DNA of 63,396 nucleotides, counting the filler, from Choristocarpus tenellus KU-1152 (taxonomy: Eukaryota; Protista; Phaeophyceae), in the NCBI GenBank assembly GCA_964200185.2. It is 10 parts of 10 records of this genome, joined end to end, with 100 filler letters (N's around TTAATTAATTAA, not from the genome) between each part and the next. Parts side by side here need not be neighbours in the genome. Positions count along the whole stretch, not along the records: positions 8,796 to 15,150 come from CAXNAD020008323.1; positions 15,251 to 19,274 come from CAXNAD020016618.1; positions 19,375 to 28,705 come from CAXNAD020003772.1; 7 more parts are not named here. One strand, given 5' to 3'. The notes beneath the pieces are model-generated. The model searched no databases, was not told the DNA's origin, and saw only the letters and a program-made list of their open reading frames with translations. The translations under genes were made by a program, and so were the position numbers. Positions 12,501 through 26,000 of this stretch are shown piece after piece (the stretch's first letter is position 1; every line of letters starts with the position of its first letter).

Positions 12501-14957
12501 GCATGTTTTTCACTGATGTGCGCAATTGTTACGATCAAACCATTGGTTGGTTCAGTGCCTGTGTTGCCACAGATACTTCTTTAAGTCTGATAGCAACCTA
12601 CCATGTGGGATGCGTTCTTCCTCATCTGTACCTCGATGTTGCGCTCCACAAGGAGATCTGTTGTTACTCGGACACTGTGCTCCTGCATCTCAACAAAATC
12701 CTCCAGACTCAGGCTCCGGTCCTAAAATGTTGGGCACAGAACGTTTTCAATAACATTCTCCATAGATATTTCTCATTTTTGTTTACTCTTGTCAGTTGTG
12801 GCCTGAGTAGACTGGGAAATGTGTTGTTCTTGGTACCATACAGTACACAGGAACCAAAGCATCTGGGTGTAGAAAATTACAGTTTTAGGGATTTCCAAAT
12901 TATGCCAGGTTGAAAGACCTTTTTAACAACCCGTATCATTCCAAATATCAGGCACAAAGATGTATCACACACCAGAATATTGATTGAACACCAAATTATT
13001 GCATCGGAAAGATCACAGAACTCCTTACCTGGGGCATGTTCACGAGGACAGTTCTTCGAATAATCCTGAGATTCTTCTCTATACGGTTGTCAACAATATC
13101 GTTCGTCTTCATGATGATAACCTCCAGCCGGTGAAGTGCATCGTGAATTGACAACTTATAGCTCTCAATGTTCAGTGATGTCCATGTCAGACTCACCCAC
13201 CCCGGTCTGAGTCGTGTTTCCAGTAACTGTTGTGATTTTGTATGTAGAGAGTCAGCAGAACAGCAATTGTGTCTGGACTACCTTGTCTTCACGGAGCATC
13301 ATTTTTGGGTAGAGAGAACTTGAACAAGAAGGATAAAGAGTCAATAGAGGGTCTACTTGGCGCCCAGTAACCAAACTGATTATAGCCCCAATGTTGCCTC
13401 CATGTGAAGATTACATATATATAGGGATGCTTGCATGATACACATCACCAGGGGACTTTGAATCATCCCCACTCATCCCTTGAGAGAAAAACATTAAGTG
13501 ATCTTCAAATTTCCCAAGTAGTTGTAGAGGGAGAAGTTTATTTGTCTCAAGTGGCATCAGACTCTCCTAAGCTCCTAAGTGGTGTTGAAATGTACACCAC
13601 CAATGTCCTCAATATGTTGGTTTCACTGGTGGGTCAAGCTACAAACAAGTCCATAAACAGTACCAGGTCAAAAACAGTATAAGAAGGTTTTACCTGCATA
13701 TGTGGGCGAAGGAGATTGCGCATGACTGGATTTATTGATTGTGCCACACGCTGAAACTCCTGCAGAGCATGCTTAAGCTCATTAAAATATTCTTTGAATT
13801 TTTCCTCCTGTCCGTATTCGATGTATGAAGCGCGCACAGAGTCATTCAGAGTTGTACAGATGTGGAAGGCTTTGCTAAGAGTTATTGTGCTGTAATTTTA
13901 AGGATTACAAACGCATGACTCCATACTAATACAAAATAATTGGATAGTTTTGCATGGATATCAGGACCATGTAATTCTAGAACACATCCAAAATAAGGCA
14001 ATAGTGGTGATTTGAAACCCTACAAACAAAATGCGGCATAATCACTTGGCAAACTCACCTGAAGAAGGACCATCTTTGCTGGTTCTGGGATGGACACTCC
14101 CATGCGACTGAGGCACTTGGCCTCCCTGTGGAGGGTAGAGACTTGTATCACTACTTCCGAGGAACTCCTTGCATTCAATTTGCAATATTGGAATGCGATC
14201 CCTAGGCACGTTGCATAAAATGCAGAGGGTTGCTTTGGTAGGAAAATCAGAGTCTTACCTGATCAGTTGCAAGATCTCTGGGTCGAAATTTACGTAGAGA
14301 CCTCCTGTTTGAGGATGTTGAATAATGAGGGTTGCTGCCAGACCCGCCTTAGCCATGTCGACGGATTTACACCATGCATCATACCACATGTACTCAAATG
14401 CCACTAAAGTGCGCGCAACCTTTTTGGAGCGACAAAAAATGAGAATTGGGGACATCTGTGATTAGCACACTTACTTCTTTCCTGATGTCGCATCATGCTG
14501 ACCTCCTCCTGCAGGAGCTAGGGACACTAGGACACTTGAACAGGTGAAATCTTCATATAGGGCAGTCACAATCACCACAGAGACCTAGAACGGTCTAAAC
14601 AGATGTCAAGTTGTCTCACCTTCCATATATATTGTACATTGCTAAACCTATTCCCGCTGGTTGTATCTCAAGACTCTCTACTGCTGAACTAGCACTAACT
14701 TATCCAACTCTAAGTCCAACCACTACCTTGTTGTATGTCTTGATGACCTTCCGAGATTCTTTGGCTTGGAGAACACCGGGATACGCCTGGAACTCTCTCA
14801 TGGGTTCCTCTAGTCGCTTGAGGAGATGTCTAGCCCACAGGATGTTACCAACAACTGGGGGCATGTTCCTTGTTGTTGGGGGAGAATGCTTGTAGCGTTC
14901 ATAGGTGTCTTGTACATTGCTTAGCTCCAGGTCATAGTTATGGAATATGATCATAAC
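9514..14957 (-). CDS. Axonemal outer-arm dynein heavy chain, gamma type (DNAH5/DNAH8/ODA2-like), internal tail fragment
   Basis: 12 phase-consistent GT-AG exons: 14727-14957, 14259-14419, 14059-14125, 13694-13807, 13029-13226, 12632-12721, 12115-12297, 11721-11857, 11075-11219, 10356-10616, 9961-10086, 9514-9612. Motifs RNMPPVVGNILWARHLLKRLEEPM, LYVNFDPEILQLIREAKCL, SLTWTSLNI and PSLEDIQ. Confidence 0.93.
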
Positions 14958-15330
14958 CTGGAGGGACAGGCAATTTCAATTTTATTGAGCATGAAGGATG
15001 ATAAGACAAAGATGTTTGACGTTTTGGGAGGGATAGTGGGGATCACAATTGTTCAAGGGCTAGAAAGGCACTGATATAGACCCAAATTATCTGGGAGGGG
15101 GGGGGAGTCTACACCAGGGTGTCCATTTGGACCAAAATCAGGAAAAGACCNNNNNNNNNNNNNNNNNNNNNNNNNNNNNNNNNNNNNNNNNNNNTTAATT
15201 AATTAANNNNNNNNNNNNNNNNNNNNNNNNNNNNNNNNNNNNNNNNNNNNCCCAAATGGACGCGGCTCTACCCTCTAAGATACTATGGCTCAATGATGAT
15301 CTCTGCCTGAACCTACTTGTACGTACACAG

Positions 15331-16853
15331 CTTTTTACCGAGGTGATGAACGGACACGCAGATTCAAGATAATCAGCGATGACGTCACTGAAAGTGAGGC
15401 AGAGTACTTTTTGAGCGCTGGAGAATTCCTCCAGCTTGAAGCTTTTCGAGTCAACCGAGATACCTCGAAGATAACTATTCTTTCAACTCCTGAGTCGGAT
15501 CCCGTCGAGTGGTTCAGCCTCACAGAGGTATGGCAGACACGAACATGGCCTGTACTACCCAAGCTTAGACTCTTTTCTTCATTAGAGCTATTTTTTGGTG
15601 TGTTGAAACCCCAAAATGTGCTTTTACAACACTGAAACGTAAACGTTCTCAGACATGACCTTCATATAACAAAAACGCTTGTATTTTTTTACTATATGCA
15701 ACCAAATATGGGGGATTAACTTTAATTGCATGCAACTTCCTGCCTTTCAGGAGAGAAGAGAACAAATATTGCAAAGTATCCCATCTCTAACAACAAACGG
15801 AGAAGGTCCTTTGATCACATCTCTTAACAACCTGTAACTCTAGATTTAACAACCCTCAACAATATTCCCCACAAATTTTGATGTGTTTATCTCAGGTGAC
15901 AATGGTTGCACTTCAGGGAATCGAGATCAGTGAAAGCTCCAATGGTGTGTCAGTATCTGCCACAGGATTCGATGATCGCACAAACAGCGGTTGCAATGGC
16001 CCTTGCCTCCCTTCCAACACCAGGGTAAGAACTGCTGCAACATCTACCAATCAATACACACTATCTGTGGCATCTAGTAGTAGGCCACTGTGGAATCTTA
16101 GCTCAAGACAAGTGCCCAATCTTTGCGATGTACGAAAAAAATGTACTTGCAAAGAGATGGGGATATAAATGGTCCTCATTTTTCATGATAGTAGGAGTCC
16201 CGTTCAACGTGAAGTGCACTGCACCCTTCCCTCATTGCTCCTGGAATCACCGTGTGTAGGAAGGAGATTTCGATGATGGAGTGAGCCGTTGGTCATGTCT
16301 TAATTCAGAAGCTACAGGAGGCCTATGCAGCATCGCATACACCTTCAACAGTGCGACGACCCTGACCTATATCCGCATTTGTGAGTATTATGAACTAGCC
16401 ATTTTTTGCTGTTGTGCAGTCGAAACTCTTGCGTACAGGGAAATCTCTCTGCGTGTTTCGTGGAAAAGAAGCTCGTTCCATGTTTTTGAGCTTCGACCTT
16501 TAAATACCTACTTATCTACCCCATGAGCAGTGGTAGATGGATATTTAGTACATTTTGTTGAAGACTGGGTAGAACATACCATTCCCAACTAACCATCACC
16601 ATTCCAACCTAGCGTTTACTTTGTTTTGGAAACTCATCACCTCATAGCTTTCTACAAGGGCGATGAACGTGAACGTGCATTGGACATATACTACAACGGT
16701 ATTTATGAGGGCTTCATCATCAGTGAAGGCGACACCCTAGAATACCTGGACTACTACCTTGACAAGGACAATGTTTCCGAGGTAAATCTTGTCGCTAGGG
16801 ACCTAGGGACGGAATGGATCAGTCTCAACAATGTTCATTTGTACGTGCTCTAA
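15331..16853 (+). CDS. 3' part of a protein with tandem discoidin/F5-8C/CBM32-like domains (EsV-1-163-like family)
   Basis: Exons 15331-15527, 15896-16024, 16260-16380, 16648-16853 (TAA). Repeated FY(R/K)GDER and W(F/I)SL motifs, plus GCNGPCLPSNTREGDFDDGVSRWSC. Family name is from recall, not a search. Confidence 0.78.
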
Positions 16854-18074
16854 GCATCACCATGGCAGCACTGGTGGGCTTGAGAGTGATACATGAACAG
16901 GTGTTTGGGAAACGTGGTATCTTCCAGCTCGTTTGGCCAAGAACTCGAAGCAGTATTTGGTATTTGGAACTAGGGGGATTTGTCTTTATCTGTCCTTTCT
17001 CGTTTGGCATTGCTGTATTACTCTGGAAGTAGAACTAAAATTCGATGTGACATACTTCGGAATATAACGTCCCTAGTCTATCCAAAGGTACACGACGCAC
17101 AATGATGCATGTATTACATGGATTTTTTTTTCTTTTCATCATGGTGTTTGGCGATGATACATTATTGTTGTTGGGGATTCAGGTCGAGACACCACCTCCA
17201 CGACCATCGAAACCAACATAGGTCCCAATATAATTTCTCTTGCACTCCTACAAGTATGATCCTACAAGTATGACGTTGTCTTGGGAGTAGCACTAAATTG
17301 AATATGCCTGCATGTGTTCTCGCTAGATTCTGTCCAGTGATTTTATTTTATTTGTAGGTGTCGGTGGAGTTGGTTCATGGTGTATGGTGCAGGAATTGTT
17401 AAGAGTGTGGTGAGATACACACATGTACATGATGTAGATCTGTTTAGCTTGTAGAGGGTTTAGTTGCTCAGGTCAGGAAGTGACTGATGGTGTTTGTTGT
17501 TCACAGGTGGTGGAGTAGGTCCACATTGTCCATAATGGGTGGTTCAATCATAATACTAACACTCGTGCATGCACGAATGCATGTGGATGACCAAATAAAT
17601 ATCTACAATATAATATACAGTTGATGAATAAATTAATATGCGGTTAGCATACTTTCGTGTAGTTGGTTAAGCTAACAATACAATGGGAAGAAGAGCTAGG
17701 TCTGTATGATACTCCATGGTGGTCATTAGCATAAAAAATCGCTGTTCGGAAAACATCCATGCACAAACAATATCTTCTCTATGATCTTCCTACTCACGCC
17801 ACACTCAGTAGTAGCAGTAGAAGTAGCGTTCTCCGATATGTTTCGAAGCAGCTGCGTCCATCTCCTCCCTCAGCACAAATCTTTTATCAATGAGTAGATG
17901 AAGCAGAGTTCAGTTTCTGGAGAAGTAAGCTATGTACATTATTGGTGAGCGTATGTGTGCAGGTTCTGCGTACAGAACACAGAACACAATGAATGATGAT
18001 TGGGGGGGGGGGTGATTCCCTGGAGGTTTCTCCTAGAGGTCATTGTTCTAGAACCGTGAATAGCAAATTTTGTT

Positions 18075-18309
18075 TGGAGAGAAGGTTCTGTGGAACACCT
18101 CTGATCAGGGGTCGTACAACAAAGAGACTTGCTAGTTTGTCCGACAGTGACCCAGGTATACTGGTCCACGATTGGATGTCTGCACTAAAACGTGGAGAGA
18201 AGGTTCTGTGGAACACCTCTGATCAGGGGTCGTACAACAAAGAGACTTGCTAGTTTGTCCGACAGTGACCCAGGTATACTGGTCCACGATTGGATGTCTG
18301 CACTAAAAC
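18075..18309. repeat. Perfect tandem duplication, period 118 bp
   Basis: 18075-18191 is identical to 18193-18309. Confidence 0.95.
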
Positions 18310-19076
18310 ATATCTGTATCTATATATTATAATCATGTATCGAAAATTCTGCTCTAGAAAACTAATTGGATATTTGAAAGACACGGGCACTGCGTTTCAA
18401 CAGGGATCACAAGAAAAGCAAAGTATAACACAAAGCTCCTTCAGGTTCCTACTTCCAAATTGACGTTGAACGTTTGATTAATAAGTGAGTTGAATCTGTG
18501 ATCGAACAGTCAACATGATGGGGTGGTGATTTGTACTGTTGAATCTGGCAGTCGTCTTTTCGTGTGTGGTTGAAGCAATGTCGCTGATGAACTTGAAAAC
18601 GTTCTTTTGTCAGTCACAAGGGTGAAGATGGCGATAAGACAAAAATTAGCAAGTCCAATACAAGACGCACATGAAGTATCAGTTGACCTTATATATATTT
18701 CATATGTGGTTTCACTCTTCTTAGTCAAGTTGTTAGCAAGGGCATGGATGGGAGGAAGAAAGCTTGAATCAAAGGTTCTTGTCGTGGTAGCTGCAAACAT
18801 CTATTTCCGTTTATATTATGCAAAGTATAATAGCTTGATAGGAAAATTGGAGATTCCCTTACAGTGTCGAGAAGAGTGACTTTGGTCAAGTTGCCTCCTC
18901 CAACCCATGTTTTCATCTACACTACTGAAGATTTGTGCACACATCAAAAGAAAGAGAACTACAAGGTAACTACTAGTGCATGTTTTAAAGTATAATGACT
19001 GAGGTGTAAGTACGTGAGCATGTTGTTCTAAAATATTAATTATACTATGTAGTACTACTTAGTGATGCTGTATGAA

Positions 19077-19274
19077 CAGTGGATTCGCAAAATTGAGGAT
19101 GGAGCGGGACTATGAGGATGGTTGTTTTGCGAAAACGGTCTTAAGAAAGTACCGAAACATTTCCAAAAAAATGTCATAAAAGGGGCCCTTCTAAAAAACC
19201 TTTCGGTTTGTACGAGCGGTGGTAGTGAGGGATTATTAATGGGTCGCATCCCCACAAAAAAAAAAACGTGCCAG
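19077..19274 (+). mobile_element. Left end of a putative non-autonomous DNA transposon (Tc1/mariner-like CAG start); related copy from 40263
   Basis: cagtggattcgcaaaattgaggatggagc versus cagccgatcaccaaaattgaggatggagc, with looser similarity beyond. Both copies lie near contig ends. Confidence 0.45.
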
Positions 19275-19593
19275 NNNNNNNNNNNNNNNNNNNNNNNNNN
19301 NNNNNNNNNNNNNNNNNNTTAATTAATTAANNNNNNNNNNNNNNNNNNNNNNNNNNNNNNNNNNNNNNNNNNNNCCCAGCCAACCAGAATTCTCCCGCCC
19401 ACAAAACTCAGTTTACTTCATAAACTATCACTTTGATCTCGATTTGATATAAAATCAAATTATTGGTCGTATTGTTGTTTTATCGTTGGGACAAGAGACA
19501 TTCCCATGGCTGAAAATGACTCGTCAACATACTTCATAGAGGAAACAGCAACCTGTACAAAAAGTTTAGGGTAGAGGTCGACAATCTGCATCA

Positions 19594-22552
19594 ATGTTTC
19601 TGCAGAGAATTAGTCGGACTAATTTGACCACCTGCATTGCTCGACGTTTCCATTCTCCTGGAACTGACCGGATCAGGACAGCGCAAAGATGTGGATGGGA
19701 TCATCGTGCTAGTGCTCGTAGTGCTGAGGTTTTGTTATTGCTTTGCCTCGGTGGTGGAATCTGCACTTTTGGTATAGAAAGTCAAGCGACGTGTGAGGAG
19801 GACAGACTTGAGGCATGGCGGCAGAGATGGAAGGCAGGAAGAACGGTAAGTCAGTAGCTTCTGTTTTCAATATGTTCAAGATGCTGTTTTCTCTTTGTCG
19901 ACGTACAACCTGAAGGGTCCATCTTGTGTCTTCATGCACTCCAGACATGGCATCGTAATGGACCCAACAATGTACTCCTTGAACACTACGACCGATTTTT
20001 GGGCGATGGTGAAGGAACTGACGTCAAGACCGAAGGGAGGACAACCGAACAGCATCGGACCCTAGTCCCTCTATGTGGAAAGACCTTGGACATGCCATTC
20101 CTAGCCGAAAAAGGTTTGGACATGGGGTGTGTTGCCTGAAGAAGCTTTAGACTGGATTAACTTCTGTCAAGGCCAAACATCTGTTGGCATGGGAAAGACT
20201 ACGTTGTAGCTCCGCAACCAACAAGTTGTGTCTTTGCTTTGTATGGTGGAATGGGACATTGGATCGCAGGCATTTGTTTTAATGGAAGGCAACCAAAAAA
20301 ACTTGAGTATAGCTTTCACTGTCGACACTCTATTATGGCAGGTCATGAAGTTGTTGGTGTAGATGGAGTGGAGGCAGCGGCATTTCAACTCCAACGAGAC
20401 TCTTGGCTCAACTTCCGAAGCTCGAATCTTACAGTACCACCTCCAGATGGAAACTCAAAAAGCAGTGCCCACTACATTGCAGCTACGACTTTCGAGGGTG
20501 AACGACCGGGCTATGTGTTTAAGACTGGTGATGAGGGTCTGGGATACTATCGGGATAACATTAGTATCAAGGTAAGTCAAGGTAAGTCGTTACGGGTTCT
20601 GTCAGCACTCTGGGTATGTGTTGCCGAGTAAATTGACACTTTGCCATGCCATTTCTTGCGGAAAACCACAAGAAGAAACACAATGTAAATATATGACTAC
20701 ACAAAAGATGTGGATTGCGATGCAGTTGAAGGAAAAATGGATGAATCACTCTGCATAGTAATTCAAACAAGATCGCAACAACGTTGGTCACTTGGTTGAG
20801 TTGTGAGTCAGGTAGCTAACTTGATTTTATGTTGAAGTACCTCTGAGGTGTTGATCAAAGATCAAGTAATAAGTATGAATTTGAAGGTACTTAGATCAAG
20901 TAGTATTCTGCAACTGGATATATGAAACAAATTTAGCTGGTGTAGGTTGTGAGGGTGACTTGTTGTAGGGTGTAGGTTGTGGTACATGCTGGAAATGTGA
21001 ACTGACCCATGACCGATTTCACTTTACCTGAAGGCTCTATGCACAGAGAGTTCAGTTTGTGGTTCCAAAGATTGCAATAGTGTCAGTTTGTAAATAACGC
21101 TGCAGGTTTGGCATTCATGTAGGTTTGTATTGCTGTTGTCATTACAGATTTTTCAAGACACCAGGCAACCTTTAACCTTTATTGTTGGGGACTTCCTCGA
21201 CATGAGGCCTGACGTCATAGGGACCTTTGACAGGTACAGTACATAAGAGCATGTAGACCAAAGCTAAACTTATAATGTCTTACAACCATGCTGATGTTCT
21301 AGGAATGACTAAGCCTATGCTGCCCTCATACATGTATTCCAAGTGTATTCCTATGTGGAGCCTCTATCCTCAAGGTTGATTGATGCCCATGGTTTGTGTC
21401 AATGCTCATAGTGAGCATGTTTTGAAGGACCCTTGATATTCCATTTAAGACCAACCTTGTTCGTACTTCCAAAAAATCCAAGGCTTGTTTTTGCTACCTC
21501 CTAGCAGCAGTAAGCATTTCAAGTGTGAATGTTGAGTGGCAAAAACTTCAAGCTCATTATGTATATTAGTGCTTAGTATCCAGATGTTGCATGTCAGTAA
21601 AGCTGAGATCTAGATATGAAGTATACCTATTAGCAGAAGCTCTATACATTTCTGGTGTCATCACACAATTGCCTATGTGCTTCTGAGATGCTAGGCTCTG
21701 GGACCGGGGTTCTCTGGTGGCAATACAACCAGAGGAGAGGGAAGCCTATCTTGCTGTGTGTGACAGTTTGCTGGATCCTGGGGGACAAGTGCTACTAACA
21801 ACTATGGACTATGATCAGGACCTAATTAAAGGTACCCCAAATCCTTCTAAGTGGGGTATTTTAGACCCTAGATGCACAATTTACCCTATCCAGTACTTGA
21901 AGTTAGTATCATACTGGTGTGTTAAAGTAAATCTACTTAACTCCTATCACACACCAAGAAGTGCTATGTGCCTTCCTTGTCCTGTAATTTAGCATGGTTC
22001 AAGAGATCGGAGTCTTCCAGGTTTTGTCTTGTCATTAATTGGATACTCCCCCATATTTTACACCATTCCTGCTTACTTCATTACTTCAAGAGTTATGTTG
22101 GAGCATTACTACCATGACTTTTATTAATGGTGTCAATTTGATTCATACTACATGCATGTGTGTGTGTGTGTGTGTGTGCGCGCGGACTTCTTTGTAGGCC
22201 CACCATACTCCTTGCCACTGAAAGAAGTGAAATGCCTCTATGGTCAAGGCCTTGGGTACAAGGTGGAGCTTCTCAGCAGGCACAATGAACAAGAGGAGTA
22301 TAAGGTAGGTGTTCCGACATTCATAACATTCATACAAACCATTACTTTTAGAATAAAACATGCTCAACTAAACACTCGTGTGGCTTGAAGGTTAATTTTC
22401 TAATGATGGTTCTTGATATGCTTGTGTGCTGCTTCCAGGGAGGAAAATGGTCTGCAATACCTGCAAATGGTCTGCACGAGTGTGCCTTCCTCCTTACTAA
22501 ACCAGGCGGGAGAAAGAAGAGCTTCTGGAGCTGGCTGTGGATCTTTGGTTGA
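19594..22552 (+). CDS. TPMT: Thiopurine S-methyltransferase (TPMT)-family SAM-dependent methyltransferase, complete, 7 exons
   Basis: Motifs W..RW..G.T.WH, LVPLCGKTLDM.FLAEKGHEVVGVD, GDF, WDRGSLVAI.P..R..Y and GPPYS. Approximate exons 19594-19845, 19945-20113, 20342-20571, 21148-21233, 21695-21831, 22198-22304, 22439-22552. Confidence 0.92.
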
Positions 22553-23009
22553 AAGTAGAAAACAAAATTTGTCATTGTACATCATATTTTGGTGATGTGA
22601 AGTTCTCCCTGACTGCGACAGCTTTTTAATAAGTAAATTGATGAAACATAAATCAACACATTGTATGTACTCCATATCCCTTGTGGCAATGATAAAACTC
22701 TTGTGCACCCACTTTGTACAATGAATGCAGGCACACACAAGCCTAGCTGTCTGAGGCCCCTTTGGAAACAGGAATATGGAGCAGGCTTCACACAGCAAAA
22801 ATAGTATCGAGTTGTATCAATGCACAATCAAAGGCAAGAAAGGAGGGTGGGCAACAAAACAGCAACGGGATTCACATATCCAAATTGAATGCTAGATCTT
22901 AGCACAATACACAACACAGTATTTAACACAGAGCTACAACTCGTGTCCCCAGGTTCATGAACCCCACCACTAGTACAAAAACACATGCAACGTTGATGCA
23001 TTGGTTGGG

Positions 23010-26000
23010 TTACACTGTGTCGAGACGATCCTTCCTTCCTCCTCCTGAATCCTGCACATAAGAAAAAAGTGGATCACCCAGAAGGAAGAGTTGGGAAGGA
23101 TTTTATTTAGTGTGGCTGAGTGTTTTCAGAATTATGCTTGCAAAAAAAGGTAAAGTAAATATGTTCTTGAAATGACCTTCCTCACTCAGTCTTCCACTGT
23201 ATGTGTATACCTATTCCAAGTTTTTTTTTGTAAAACTGTAAAAAATGTAGAATGACAGCTGGTCATTAAATGCAGGAGCATCATTGCCGCCCAATCACAA
23301 CCATTGATTGGTCTAGCCAAATGTATTTATTGATACTTACAATTTCTCCTGACATCAAAGTGGTAACATACATCCAACCAACTACTACACGTCACTAAAT
23401 ACATTATACAAAGTTAAATTTAACTATGACGTTTGAGTCCCGTAACATAAATCTGATTTTCATCATTCTGATTTCAACAGGCTTATCATTAACTAGTCAA
23501 CAAAATCATAGCATAGGCTGCACAGCCAAACTAATAAATCAACTTGATGCACACAATTCTAGAGCTATCTTCAGACTACTCTGGATGTCCATACCCCCAA
23601 CCATAAATTGCACACATGAGCCAAACGTCATGGTTACTGTATAGTACAAAGGGTCAACATATCATAATAACACTGCCAGCATCTTCATCACATATTACAG
23701 TCCTAGCATTTATGTATATACTATGAGCGGCATTTTGCCAGGTTCTTATTACAAACAAAAACCAACTAGAGCACATTCCTATTTAAATCACATCACAGCA
23801 AGGTATTCCATGCATCACCTCTAAATATTGACTCCCATTAGTGCTCTGCTGTGCAAGTGGAGGTGGATCTGGAGCACTTGGCCATGAGTTTGATCCTTGC
23901 CCACTCATCTGTATCTTCCCACTCTGAACCTTCCTGATCGGTTCATCAGACATGGCACCGTTAACCATGGATGATCTGCGTGACTCACCCACCCCGTTCT
24001 GACTGTGAAACTGAGGCACACATTGTTTTTGCATTGGCCGCAGGAAGGTGTAGGTAAAGTGGGAATCATTGATCGCAAAACACCTACCCTACTTTCACTG
24101 TCCACTGTCAAACTGAGAAGTCATGTATGCTAACTCTCTACCCTGGGGACACAATATGTTTCCCATGGAAGTTCTCACTTTTTAACCTCCCACACAAAAA
24201 AAGACACACCTGTGATCCCAGTCCAGCTGGAACAGTCACCCCTTCATCCCACTCCATCCCTGTACATTTCTGGTCCACTGGACCACATGAATCGTACTGG
24301 GTGCTGCCCTGTGAAGGTATCCTCACCACTTGTGGTGCAGATGTGCTACTAATGGATGCCCCCCCTTCTTTCCCTGGAACAGAGTGTCTGTGCCCCTGCC
24401 CAGATGCAGGGTCTCCTGAGGCCTGCTGGCCAGCTGGAATCTTCATTGTGGTCCCAACTGCAGTGGCTGTGTTTCGCTTTGCCTTGGCAACAACACAATG
24501 AAAACATACATTATTATTGGTAACTTTGAGTAACAAGTACTACATTTCCACACTAACCACCTTAAGGGTGTAGCGAAGCACTAGCACTCCTTAACTCTAA
24601 GCTTGTGGAGGTTCAACAATTGTGCCATCTCTACAATTGATTCCTGTACAAGCAAAGTCAAGCAAAGTCCTGCGAAAAAAATCCTGCTTCATCTGCTTGA
24701 CAAGGGTGACACCGCACACATGCTCTTGATCAACTTAGATCTTCCAACTGTGGAATGTACCCATTCATCATTATTGATAGGATGAACAAAGCAAAGCACC
24801 CCTCCATTCATTCTCACACAGTGACCAACCACCATGGCCAATACAAATTGTGTCATGATTGAGAAGAAACACCTGCACTACCTTCAGTCCATTCCACACT
24901 CTGATGCACAACTCTCTCAGAGACTTGACAGTAGGTCCAAGAATACTTTCTCACCTGTTTTGCATCACGATATTTTTGTCGGTATTTCTCCTCAAGATCC
25001 CTCAACTCAACATCACACTCCACCATTCTCCGACCTTTCTCACTTTTAAGCTTGTCCACCTTCCTTACATACTCATCCAAGTCCTGGCAGTCACAAAGGG
25101 GGTGGGTGAGATGGCTTGAGTTGGAGGTGACCAAAAAAAGTAGGTCCTATGCATTGTAGTTCCACTACAGCACATAATCCTCAGTGCATTGGACATGACA
25201 TTTTATGTGGGTGTGTCAAGGCAATCAATCCTTGGTTTACAGATAAAAAAAGGGACGTCAATGCCACTTGCATCTGTGCAAAACACAAGTTTATGCCCAT
25301 GAGAGGTAGAAGGGTTACTTTGAGAGCATCACCTTTTTATATCGTTCTTGGGCGCGATTGTGCTCGTCAGTGCGGTTGTTGATTGCTGATTGCAGTGCAG
25401 TCAGCCTTGTCTCATATGCCTGACCAAATACAGGGTATAAGGAAGTCCTGAATTGTAAGCCGAGGCACATAGTTCAATATGAAAGCAAACAAGAGGAGTG
25501 CTGACCTCTGTAATACATTAGATAAGAAAGACACATGAAGTTGCAGATGCAATGGTAAGCTACATCCTAACATTTTCTTCCTGTATCAAAAATCACAAAG
25601 GACCTCCTTCCCTTCTCTGATGTCTTTTGATTCACCTTCTCTGCCTGCCTCTTTTTCTTCTCATGGGTGAGTTTAGCCCTGAGATAATCATCATCATCCT
25701 GCATATCCCCATCATCATCTGACACATCATCTACACCAGTTACTGCCAGAAAGTGAACGCATACACATGGCACAGCCAGGATAAGACATTAGATCAGTAT
25801 GGTTGAGCATTGAGGGGGACTATGCATGGAACATTTACTGACCTTTTGATCTGCAAAATATGTAAGGTCTACTCTATAACTTCAACAGCACCCTTCCAAT
25901 ACATCAAAATCAAAATCAAAGCAAAAAGGCACCATAAAATATGCAAAACGGAATGTCAGATGACTGTATCAAATACCTTGAGTTTCTGTGAGTGCATCTA

